A stretch of DNA of 64,000 nucleotides from NCBI GenBank assembly GCA_002269645.1, contig NIVC01000343.1, forward strand, positions 1 to 64,000, read 5' to 3'. The stretch is from Macrostomum lignano (Eukaryota). The position numbers were made by a program, and so were the translations under genes. Shown here piece by piece: positions 1 to 11,474 of the stretch. The notes under the pieces are model-generated. The model ran no database searches. It was given only the letters and a program-made list of their open reading frames with translations, and was not told where the DNA came from. Numbering within the stretch: position 1 is the first letter of the stretch; every line of letters starts with the position of its first letter.

Positions 1-214
1 CATCTTTGGTATGAATAGCACGAAAACTCTCGGCCAATCTGGCTTAAACTGCTACCTCTCAGTTTTTTCTGACACTGATCGGAGGGGGCCCAAATACTAC
101 GTAATCTATATAGTATTTTTCTAGCTCGTACGTGCAGTTGGATGAAAAACGATGCACTTTATAACCCGTGCCGCTAAAAAGCCACTATAGAGTTTACTAC
201 TGAGTAAAACTCAC

Positions 215-3200
215 CCACAGTGTAGGTGAGGCTGCCCCCGCCCACCAAGCTGCAGGTGAAGGTGCCCGGCTGCAGATTAGCGACTACGCAGTAGCCGGCA
301 AGCTGGTCAGGTGAGTTGATATTCGAGTCATCATCGTAGACCGACAGATTCACCTGCTGACCAGGGTAAAATCGGCTCTCCAGCATTTCATTCCAGATGG
401 GGCTGACGCTGTCTGCAGTAGTGCAAGTAAAATATATGCTTTTGGCTTTAATATTTATTTTTTTCGCTATCATATTCAAAAACGGAGCAAGCTTGTATCA
501 GATTTTTTTTCAATTGTACACAAAAATTAAGCAGGTAAAGTATTAGTTTTATAGTGCGTGTTCTGCACTTTTGCGGTGCAAGGGCGCCAGCACCAAGGGC
601 GCCAGCACCAAGGGGCGCCAGCACCAAGGGGCGCCAGCACCAAGGGGCGCCAGCACCAAGGGGCGCCAGCACCAAGGGGCGCCAGCACCAAGGGCGCCAG
701 CACCAAGGGGCGCCAGCACAAGGGCGCCAGCACCAAGGGGCGCCAGCACCAAGGGGCGCCAGCACCAAGGGGCGCCAGCACCAAGGGGCGCCAGCACCAA
801 GGGGCGCCAGCACCAAGGGGCGCCAGCACCAAGGGGCGCCAGCACCAAGGGGCGCCAGCACCAAGGGGCGCCAGCACCAAGGGGCGCCAGCACCAAGGGG
901 CGCCAGCACCAAGGGGCGCCAGCACCAAGGGGCGCCAGCACCAAGGGGCGCCAGCACCAAGGGGCGCCAGCACCAAGGGGCGCCAGCACCAAGGGGCGCC
1001 AGCACCAAGGAGCGCCAGCACCAAGGGGCGCCAGCACCAAGGAGCGCCAGCACCAAGGGGCGCCAGCACCAAGGGGCGCCAGCACCAAGGGACGCCAGCA
1101 CCAAAGGGGCGCCAGCACCAAAGGGTGCCAGTATCAAGGGACGCCAGCCTTTGCGCTGCTATTACTCAGTGCAAACCCATTGTTTTCAGTTTAGCTTTGG
1201 CGTTTTTGGCCGCGGGGGGAGCTGATTGGCTGGGCTAGGTAGCTGGCTCAGTTTTTTTTCTTTCTCCTCGTGGTGTGATTGGCTGGGGTGGGATAGGGTC
1301 GGTTGGAAGGCGTTGTGGGGGAGGGCATGCATCTAAAGCGACCTATATTACACAGAACGCAATAAAGATAAAACAGACTCATGACTCACTCCAAACGGTG
1401 GTTGAAGCAGCTCCGCAGTCGGGATCATAAGTTGCTGCCACCACTAGCGTATTTGGTGAGTTGTAGTTAAGATACGCTAAGCCAGTGGCTGATCTTATCG
1501 TAATGTAGAATCGTCCTGTGATTCAAGAGTATGCGCGATTTTTAAGAAACTGTCCGGGACATTCTTTTTGAATTGAAAGAAAACTCAAGAGCTTTAGATC
1601 TTTCTCTTATTTAATATCGCATTTCCTTCTTGCCCTGATTCAACATTATTTTGATATATCAAAATAAATTACCTTTAGCCATCCATTAAAATGGTCAATA
1701 TACCATATAGCAGTCCAATAAGATACATGCAGTTTTAAAAGACGTAGCTTTCACCATTACTTCACGAGATGGACCTCTTTTACATAATAAAATAGTATCC
1801 CTGACTACTAAAAATATGCTCTAAGTAGTCACACTGCTTAAGTTCTGCCGAATCTTACCAGTGATCTTTGCGATATCACTCAATTCTATTATTGACACAA
1901 TCGAACATTGAACTCTCATATACAATACTCTAGGTACGCTCGTAGGTATGAACTTTTAACCAAACTTGCACCACTTGCAGGATTAGGTAAATGTCACCTG
2001 ACTAATTAACAGTTGAACTACCAAAGGGGTGGGGTTTCAAAAGCTGTTGAAGGTGCCGACGGCGTCAAGGTGATGACTGAATACTTGAGAGACTAGCTAA
2101 GGATGTCCAGCAGTTGAGATTTGCCCACTGTCGAGGCTTGTTCAGCGAAACTCGAGACATTTGCAACAGCGTGTCCATAGTCACCTGGTGTCATCTGTTG
2201 AAGGTTCAGAAGCTCCGCCTGGGTAAAAGAGAGGGGCCAACGAAGTCAGAGCTGATGCAGATGAAATTTGGAGGCTTGGCAAGGCTGGACTCAGGCGCAG
2301 TGCTGATTGGCGCAAGGGGTGTATTGAACACTTTAGCGCTTATAAAAAATCCGACCTTCTGGCAGAATCGTTGAATATCTCGACGGTCCGGAGGGCTGGC
2401 AACTTGATTATTGTTTGAGAAGATGGACAACAAAAAGTTAGCCCGTGTTCTTGCATTTCGTGTGCCTGCGTTGCTCCGTTCCGTCGCAGCAAAAAAGTGT
2501 CAGGGGTGCCCCTCCCCTGGTAAATGGACGGACGGAGAAAAGGCTTGGTATTTCTACTGCTAAGAGATTTCTCCACGTGAAAGCTGTTTTAATCCACGAG
2601 TTGCTTTGCTCACCGCCAGCAGCAGATGCAACTGCAGAGTATCTAAGGATACCCCAGACGCTGACAGCACAATTCTGGCTGCTTCCAACTGTCAGGTTTA
2701 CGATGCAGTAGCCCATTGGGATCCTGTTGTAGGTGCCTCCGTTGTGAAGCACTTCAAAACGCACGTAACCACTGGGGTAGCTCATCGACATGTTGTGGTT
2801 CCAGATCGGATCGTTAGAGTCTGAAATATGTTTCGTATATTGATTTCCTCTACTTCTTTGACAGATTAATTATGAGCAGTTCTTCAACGCCTTGTAAAGA
2901 GGCAGAAAGAAACCGCTTTTATTCTGGATTTTAAATAATTTACTTAGTATAGTAGGAGTCTCCTGTTTTAGCGGTTCCATGCAAGCTGGTACGAGGGTGG
3001 CCCGCAGGTAGGAATCCGGGTTTTTACCGCCCCCAGAGTCCAGTATCGGCAGGCCAGTCGCAGATACCGCTGTAATCGTGTAGTAGCTCAGGAAGCTCTC
3101 TGTCAGTTAGTTAAAAAGATGGGGTGTCCATATTGTGTCAATAAACACTTATCTACAAAAAACGTACAGTTGAATGGTTTTACGATAAAATCTGAAAGCG

Positions 3201-4406
3201 GAACCAGAATTGAAAACAAAACCTTGTAATTTTTCAATTGAGGATTATAGTCAAGGATCATAAAATTATTTTTCCTTTATAAATCCGCATTTATGAATCC
3301 ACAGAGTTTATTATGTGAAGTCGTCTTGTCAATCCACTAATAAGGTCAATATCTTTATTTGATACAGTTAAAAGCCAGCTAACAAAGTACCCTCAAATAA
3401 CCTTGGTCATTGTAAAGATATAGAAGTACGCAATAAGTATTAATGTGATAATGTTTTGATTTAATAGCTCACTTTGCTGGTAAAAGGAGATGTAGCCCCT
3501 AGTTTCACTGCCTCCAGATCTCTTCAGCTGACACTGACTAAATCCGTGCTCAAAGCTGGTGACGGTGCACTCGCCAATCAGTGGATCGGGGCTTCCGTAG
3601 GCATAATCATAGACAGAAATGGTGAAGTTTCCTGACTCCCAGTCAGGACTGTTCGGGCAGTTGTGGTACCAGCTAGCCGGTCGTACGTTACATTTCCCTG
3701 AGAAAAAACATTGCGACACTTTATTTCAGGATTAAAGGGGATTTCAACTTGAGCATCAGGAATGGAGCCAGAAGTCTTAGACCAAGCCAACAGCACAGAG
3801 ATATCCCAAACTATAGCTCCTCTCTTTCGATCCTCCCGCGGTCGCTTGGGCATCCATGAAATTGGATTTTGATCCTTCAAGACGATTGCGGAAGTCAGGT
3901 TCCATCTTAATAGAGCCTTTAGCTGACAAGAAATCTGAGCTCTGCCAATTTTACCCGCGGTGCTTCAAAAAGGATCAGGACGAAACGTTTCGCATCCGTA
4001 TTAGATTAGATTATCGACTGGCATTGCTTTGGTCCTGACTTCCTGCTTCATTCCGATCTTTGACTTTTTAATAAGGTTATTATAAATGGTTCACAGTTTA
4101 CAGAATAAGGTTGTTTTAATAAAGTTGAAAATAATTCACAACTAGAGTTATTTAATGTAGGAGATGCGCATCATATTTTCATTATTGAGCAAACATTTTG
4201 ACAAGAAATAAATCACCTGTAATGTAGGCGGTCGAGCACAACATTTGACCATTCTTAGTCACGTTTGCGTAGGGATCAGAAGTTGAGAAAGATCCATCGA
4301 GGCAGTCCAACTGCACTCCATTTAAAATTATCAGTGCTGACTCAACTACCAACACAGTGGTCGACGATGGTTGCAGCAGCACGATGACTGCCAACAATGG
4401 TAGCAT
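215..4406 (-). CDS. Secreted triple-C2-domain protein, copy A (perforin-type C2 domains); C-terminal exon(s) unresolved or beyond the window edge
   Basis: Exons 4406-4217, 3697-3473, 3099-2944, 2820-2614, 1515-1390, 412-215. All have GT/AG boundaries, all introns are phase 1 and the frame is continuous (about 367 codons). Hydrophobic N-terminus MLPLLAVIVLLQPSSTTVLVVESA. C2 motifs SDPY, SVYD..DPLIGEC, SATGLP, NDPIWN, SPIWNE, SVYDDD..DQLAGYC. Every exon has a counterpart in copy B. Confidence 0.85.
581..1148. repeat. 16-bp GC-rich minisatellite (CACCAAGGGGCGCCAG)n, about 35 units, in intron 5 of copy A
   Basis: Directly visible tandem array; it accounts for the overlapping repetitive ORFs at 448-1238. 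Confidence 0.97.
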
Positions 4407-5712
4407 TGTCGATAGGTGTTCAGTACGTTAGGCACAGGTTTCTTGACTTGCTTAGTGTACGAGCTATCTTTGAGTCCTCTCTGCCAAAAGCAATGCCATG
4501 CAACGCTTGAAGAACTCCTTAAAGATGGAACCGATCAATACTCATGATAGTCCTCAGAGTGACACGTGAGAAACTGAGGGGCTGCTGCTGTGTGAGCCAA
4601 TGAAAAACGTTCACGTGTCAGTGTTGCATTGCGCTTGAAGAATCCCCCCTCAAGAAATGAAGCGAAAAGAAAAGTGAATAGGCAAAGATTATTCTTTCCT
4701 CTGTTGGTAATTATATGGTATTGCATGCCAGCCAAAAATTGTTTTATCTTGTATGTTTACGAAAGTAGAGCAAATAATAAATCATAAAGACGACGTGACC
4801 TCGACAGGCTTGTGGACTGAGGCACAATATGCAACAGATGAATGAGACCAGTCTTTTGCTGTTGCTGCGGATTAGCCTGACCGTTAGTAGGTTGGGATTA
4901 ATAATCTTGCTGATTACCACTATGCTTAATTAAATGGCTGAGCCGTCGCAGTTTCGAGACTTAGCTTACATCTTTTTAAGATGCCAGGATGAAGGATGAA
5001 AAAATCGATCGCTTTGAAGCATTGTCTATACGAGCGTATGTATTCTGCTGCTGTAAATGCCTTTAAAAGCGACCAACAGTCTAGAACTTTTTTCAGTGGG
5101 CTTACAAGGATGTCCCACAGTGAGAATCGTTTTAGTCTTAGCTAGAAACTTACCATAGTTACGAGCATCTTTATGCCCTGCTGCATGGGATAGTAGAGAG
5201 ACAGGCCGACACAAGACAGAGAAAGAGAGAGAAGGCGTCTAAAAAATCTCTCTAGATCTCAACCTTTATTTGATCCTTTGAAAGTATTCCATTTGCTCCT
5301 GTGTAGCGTCAGAGTCGTCCTTGTTATGTACGTTAAAATATGTAGGAAAAACACACAAATTTTCTTTAAAGATAAAGCTGCTGACTTTCGTGCATAGCAC
5401 CTGGTGGAGGACTTTAATTACGAGTGTATAATGGACAAAAATTGCATGTCTTCAAGTTACTCACAAGTTCATGCAATCCATATGCTTGAGCATAGGTATT
5501 TTACCAGCAGTTTTATGCTCTAGCTGAAGCGCCTAGTAAAAGGGTTTAGAGCAGGAGGATTTTAAATTTCACCATAGAAGCAAATTCACATACATGTAAA
5601 AAAACTAGAAACTAAGACCAATAAGCTACTCACCATAAAGATACAACATGCAGAAAATTCACTGCATCGTCAATGCAATCTTCTTTTTATTAACAAAGCT
5701 TCACCGTAGCCA

Positions 5713-5758
<46 letters not shown>

Positions 5759-5767
5759 TTAATAATG

Positions 5768-5804
<37 letters not shown>

Positions 5805-5829
5805 TAATAATGATGATAATGATAATATT
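5713..5829. repeat. (AAT)n microsatellite
   Basis: Directly visible; produces the poly-I and poly-L ORFs. Confidence 0.97.
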
Positions 5830-5833
5830 AGTA

Positions 5834-6251
5834 TATGCAGGCCGGTTGTGGGCACCTTGGAGCAACGCATTCGGCAGCATCGTCTCACAACCAGCGCTGA
5901 GGCGATTCTGCCATTCCGCTGACTCCTGAGCACATTCAAGCGCGCTAATACTGTACTCAGGTAAGCACTCATACACACACCTACTATCCTCAGGCAAACG
6001 GTCTCACAGAGAGGGCCATGCAAACCGTTAAATCTGCGCTGCAAGCATGGTCGGAGAGTATAATACACATGGAATTTCCGTCCTGCCTCCAAAAAAGTGC
6101 TCATGCACCATCGCAACTCCTCAGCCAGTGCCTAGCCGAGTTGGTGCTTGGCAGACGCCTTCGTGTGTCGGTCGTCTCACAGTTCGAGCAAGGAGACAAC
6201 GTCATCTACCAGCCCAAAAATCAACTCTGGGAAGCCAGGCTACATATCTAA
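5834..6251 (+). mobile_element. Decayed Ty3/gypsy LTR-retrotransposon integrase fragment
   Basis: Translation gives TYYPQANGLTERAMQTVKSAL (integrase core PY.PQ.NG..ER..QT.K motif), then AELVLGRRLR and FEQGDNV, broken by stops and frameshifts. Confidence 0.75.
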
Positions 6252-6589
6252 TGACTGCTGGGCATGGATTTTAGAAGATGAGGGCCTGAAGCTGGCCAGC
6301 ACCAATCAGTTCGCCCTATCGATGCCACAGCAGGACGTCCTTACAGCGGACGAAGAGGAATGCGACTATGCAGCAGACCTCGCTGCAAATGGCGGCCAGA
6401 GAAGAGCAGGCACCAACGATCGATGAGCAGGATGCCTCGGGGAACAACCAAATGATGATATCCCGGTGCGCTGAAGCTCGCGAAATCTTCGCGCTCCTGA
6501 TTGATTTGTTCCGTAATTGCTGTGCAGCAAAAATGCTGATTAATCCCAAACTTGCGACAAATTCGCCGTTTAACTTTGTTCAGCCTCAA

Positions 6590-6900
6590 GCTCCCAAAGC
6601 TCACTTTTTTATACTCAAATCCACTAATTCATAACCACCAATGTTTTTCCGTTGCAGTTCTCATTACAGACTGCTGGACCAGCACGGAGACGGCAAATTC
6701 GAACACAGCCTAGCACAGGAGCCAATATGCGGCAGCATCTCCAGAAGCGCCTCCACCCAACAGGTGCCCAGGCTCGGCCAGCCAAACGTTGAAGACGGTG
6801 CTACAAGAGTGGCCGAGTCAAGAAAACTGTCTATTGTTGTGATTACTGCCAGGGTAATCCAGGATTTTGCTTCGGATATGGGCATGCCAATCAAAATTAA
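6590..6900 (+). mobile_element. Decayed piggyBac-type transposase C-terminus with cysteine-rich domain
   Basis: Frame reads RQHLQKRLHPTGAQARPAKR*RRCYKSGRVKKTVYCCDYCQGNPGFCF; TGA at 6790 sits where the first Cys (TGC) of the CRD is expected. Confidence 0.6.
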
Positions 6901-8094
6901 TTGTAACTGCATGTACTTGTTACATTGTGACTTACCCGCTGTTATGCGTATGACTGTGCTACTTGATGTTATCGATGTTTCTAGGTCGTTGTTGAATTGC
7001 TCGCTTATCATTTTAAAATTGTTCGAATTACTTTTTTCGTGAATTTTTCAGTATAATGTCCTTAGTCCTTAGAAATTTTATGTACTGTGCCAGTTACCCC
7101 TGAGAAAATATGAACAGCATATATTCACAATTAATAACTCGTTTAGTACCTCTGTTGCGCCATAGTAGAACAAATCAACTCTGCAGGCCATGCCACAGAC
7201 GCTAACTAAGACTTGGTAGAAATTTTTGAACATACGCTCGTATCAGCAGCAAATTGAGCCGCAGACCATACATATGAAACTATAACCTGCAGAGCAGGCC
7301 ATCTGCAGTCTTGGGGTTTTAAAACCAGTAGGGGGACATATTGTATACAGATCCGAATCCAATGCACTTTTGCTTTGTCATTGTCCAGCGTCAATTTATT
7401 TGTTTGTGTCCCAAACAGTTTCCGACTCCTATTAAGGCTTGCCTTTACTCATCTGGATAAATAAAATATCTTTATAGCCTAAGCTTCGTCTTTCCAGCTA
7501 TGCGGTCACATCACATCGTAATGGCGATAGATTTTTTGCCACTTTTACCGAAACTACGGCAATGGCGAAATAAAATCGCATGAAATAGCAAAAAATTTAC
7601 GTAGCAATTTAAGTAAAAAATACAATTGAAGTTTATGTGTTCAATGTTGAGCTATGTACTCAAATGAAAACGCTTGTGTAGTGTTTAGCTCCTGAAAATT
7701 CGTGTGTGTTAAAAGAAAGCTCGTCTGGGAAAATGAAGAACCTCTGAGAACTCCTAAAAGGTGAAGACTCCTGCAAATTCCGGATTCTAGGGAAAGCATA
7801 CGTAGAAAAATCTGAAGAGCCTTTAACGCTTGAACAGGTCACTGACCGGTTTGAGGCAAACCGCCCGCCAGTCAGGCGGCAATAGAAGATGCACGGCGGA
7901 AGCCAGAGGCATCTCTTGCATATTTCTGGACTTCCCTAACTTGAATCATGTGACCAGGACCATCTAGAGGTAAAGAGAACTCACTGGAAGAAAAGGGGAC
8001 GAAAGGGAATTGCTACTATATGGAGCGCTTACTTAGTTTTAGCTGTCAAGCAGCCACAACTCATAAGACAGTCAACCATTTTTAGTCCTATACT

Positions 8095-9190
8095 AGCAAT
8101 CTACGCCCCCCGTTGGGGAGCCAAAGAAATGCAATACACGTTTTTTTAATAAGCTACATGTATCCTTGAAATCTTAAAAAAATCTCCTGTCAAACCTTGT
8201 AAGCCTTGACATGTCAGTAATTCCCCCCCCACAAGCTTTAACATATCAACTCCCCCCCTTGACATCTCAGCAATGCCCCCAATAAGCCTTGGAAATCTAA
8301 AAATATCTGTCAACCTTCTAACCCTAACCCTAGCCTAACCCTAACCCTAACCCTAACCCTAACCTAACCCTAAAGCATTGAAATTTCAGTAATAATTCTC
8401 TTTAAGAGTCATTATAGCACTACTACAGCATTATAGCGATTCCCTGCAAGCCTCGACATCGTAGGGATTCCCAAATGAATCACTTAACTTCGACATGAAG
8501 CTTCTTTTATTTTTTACATTATGCTTTTTTTTATCAGCGATCCCTCCCCTGAGGAGGCATCAAATAATGTAATAAAATTTTTTCAATAAACTACATGCAG
8601 CTTCTGACTTTAGCCTTGAAATCTCATTTATACCCCCATGAGCCTTGACATCTCAGCTATTCCCCCCGTAAGCCTTAACATCAGCGTTGGGGGTCAGCGT
8701 TGGCCCCATAAACCTTGAAATCTAAAAAATCCCCTGTTATTCTGTTGACCTTGAAACCTGATAAAATATAACCCTCAACCCACACCTGACCTAAACCTAA
8801 CTTTTACCCAACCTAAAGCCTTGAAATCTCAGCAATTCTTCTCCCCTAAGCCTTGACATTTTAGTGATTCCTTCTTTAAGAATCACAGCACTATAACGAT
8901 TTCCACCAAGCTTTGACCTCAATTCCCAATTCCCAAATGAATCTTTTAACTTCGACATGACTTTTCTTTTATGTATACGTAGTGCTACTTTTATTTTTTA
9001 CATGACTTTTCTTCTATCAGCGCCCCCCCCGTGGCAAGCCAACAAAGAATGCAATAAAAAAATTGAGTAAAGTACATGAACTTTGAAGTAGCTTCTGACT
9101 TTTGCTTTGACATCACAGAAACCCCCCCCATAATCTCAGTTATTCTCTGAGAGCCTTTACGTCTCAGTTTTTCTCCCCAGCACAGCATTA
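8095..9190. repeat. Degenerate tandem unit of about 450-480 bp (2-3 copies) containing a (CCCTAA)n telomere-type tract at about 8319-8373
   Basis: Similar blocks recur near 8095, 8535 and 9015; CCCAAATGAATC..TTAACTTCGACATGA recurs at about 8470 and 8932; near-perfect CCCTAA units in the first copy, degenerate in the second. Confidence 0.7.
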
Positions 9191-9302
9191 TAGCTGCATT
9201 TAATTTTTACATGACACCCTTCATGTCTGACATGGCGCTTCTTTTATTCTACCATGATGCTACTTAATTTTTTAAATGACACTTTCATTAGTTTTTAAAT
9301 AA

Positions 9303-10262
9303 GGCTTCTATGATTGTTTACATGACGCTTCTATGATTGTTTACATGACGCTTATCTGATTTTTTACATGACGCTTCTATGATTTTTTACATGACGCTTC
9401 TATGATTTTTTACATGACGCTTCTATGATTGTTTACATGACGCTTCTATGATTTTTTACATGACGCTTCTATGATTGTTTACATGACGCTTCTATATTTT
9501 TATATGACGCTTCTATGATTGTTTACATGACGCTTCTATGGTTTTTTAAATGACGCTTCTATGATTGTTTACATGACGCTCCTATGATTTTTTAAATGAC
9601 ACTTCTATGATTTTTACATGACGCTTCTATGATTGTTTACATGACGCTTCTATGATTTTTTAAATGACGCTTCTATGATTGTTATATGATGCTTCTACGA
9701 TTTTTACATGACACTTCTATGATTTTTATATGACGCTTCTACGATTTTTTACATGACGCTTCTATGATTTTTTACATGACGCTTCTATGATTTTTTACAT
9801 GGCATTTCTATGATTTTTTACATGACGCTTCTATGATTGTTTACATGACGCTTCTATGATTGTTTACATGACGCTTCTATGATTGTTAACATGACGCTTC
9901 TATGATTTTTTACATGACGCTTCTATGATTGTTTGCATGACGCTTCTATGATGGTTTACATGACGCTTCTCTGATTTTTTACATGATGCTTCTCTGATTT
10001 TTTAAATGACGCTTCTATGATTTTTACATGACGCTTCTATGATTTTTTACATGACACTTCTATGATTCTTAAATGACGCTTCTATGATTTTTAAATGACG
10101 CTTCTATGATTTTTACATGACGCTTCTATGATTTTTTAAATGACACTTCTATGATTTTTACATGACGCTTCTATGATTTTTTAAATGACGCATCTATGAT
10201 TTTTATATAACGCTACTATGATTTTTTATATGACGCTTCTATGATTTTTACATGACGCTTCT
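9303..10262. repeat. 23-bp minisatellite (ACATGACGCTTCTATGATTTTTT)n
   Basis: Directly visible tandem array, about 40 units. Confidence 0.97.
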
Positions 10263-10575
10263 TTTTAAAAAGTCTTTTAGTTTTCCTGACGTTGAAAAGC
10301 TTTAATTAAAAAAATTATACTCTATGAAAATTCGAACCATTGTCGCTGCATTTAGCAGTTCAGTTTGTTCACCTCTAGGCTAGCTCTCATCGTTTTGATA
10401 ACATCAAATTTTGCACTTATATAATTCAACACTTGAAAATCCAAGCATAGAGTAAATTACACGAAGCAGTTATGACATAATCAGTTTCTCAGTCAGTCAG
10501 TATCAGTTAACAATATGCATGGTTACGCAATTTAAATCAAGTCTGGTGCTACGCTTCCACACTGCATTTTCAATT

Positions 10576-10876
10576 CAAGTCGGAGTTACAATTCAGTTAT
10601 GATGCAATCTATTTCAGAATCAGAATTCAACCAGTCAGTTTTTTCTCTAGCATTCTTACAATGCATTTCAAGTCGAAAAGTTTGCTTGACCTTTGCAAAA
10701 AAGCATGTTTTTCGAATATTTAATGCCTTTAGCATCGAGCAATTTCTTAGCCACGATGCATGTACAGTCACGGGAAAATTTCTGATCGAACAGTGCAAGT
10801 TCGAACAAAATCGGTCCAGCCATTTTTTCTCTAATTGATCACATAGACACAGACAGACCATTTTTAGTATATAGGA
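10576..10876 (+). mobile_element. Possible non-autonomous Helitron/Helentron-like element
   Basis: Ends with CAAAATCGGTCCAGCC...ACAGACAGAC...TTTAGTATATAG, resembling invertebrate rolling-circle MITE 3' ends; boundaries not proven. Confidence 0.3.
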
Positions 10877-11474
10877 TATCATCTTGCAGCTATTTAGCTC
10901 AATTATTTTTTTAATCTGTAAAAACATTAAACTCGCGCATCATATTGAATTCATCATATAAAAAAACAAAGCAAAACAGCCGGAAGACGAAGCTTAGTAA
11001 AACTTTTAAGTGTTTTATTATACGTACTTGTCATCAGTTTCATGAGACGCACAAAATTTTGATTCGCTTGAGTGCATGGATCAACTGTAGGTAGCAAAAT
11101 TCCCTTCCTTATTTTCGTAAATTCTGCACGGCAAGCTCACCAGGAAACCTTACCTGCCATTGCGTTTGGAAAACAACTTTTGCTCCTCCATCCGAAACGT
11201 GTACAATTCTTGGTAAAAATGTCTGAGTCCCATCTCAGAATGAAGAAAGTCTTAAACGAGACAAAACCTCCCAAATCTTGACAGTATAGGTAAGTGAGGT
11301 TGACCACCCGAGACCAAATGCGTAACAGGGTAAGTTTAGGCCAAGAGACGGTGACAGTGGAGCGAGACAGTGGATGATGAAGCTTTTGCCCAAGAGCGGT
11401 AAAATAGTTTCCAACTGCTTGTCCCTGGGAAACACAATAGTGAAAAAACCGGAGAGCCCATTGCTTAGTCTTAC

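Noticed and set aside
448-1238. Six overlapping ORFs of 181-229 aa (GAPWCWRPLVLAPL / STKGRQHQGAPAPRGA)
   Set aside because: Translations of the 16-bp intronic minisatellite.
3981-3992. Palindrome CGAAACGTTTCG resembling a minimal hammerhead stem III
   Set aside because: No CUGANGA box or stem II on either strand.
5648-6116. Poly-Ile/poly-Leu ORFs resembling membrane proteins
   Set aside because: Produced by the (AAT)n microsatellite.
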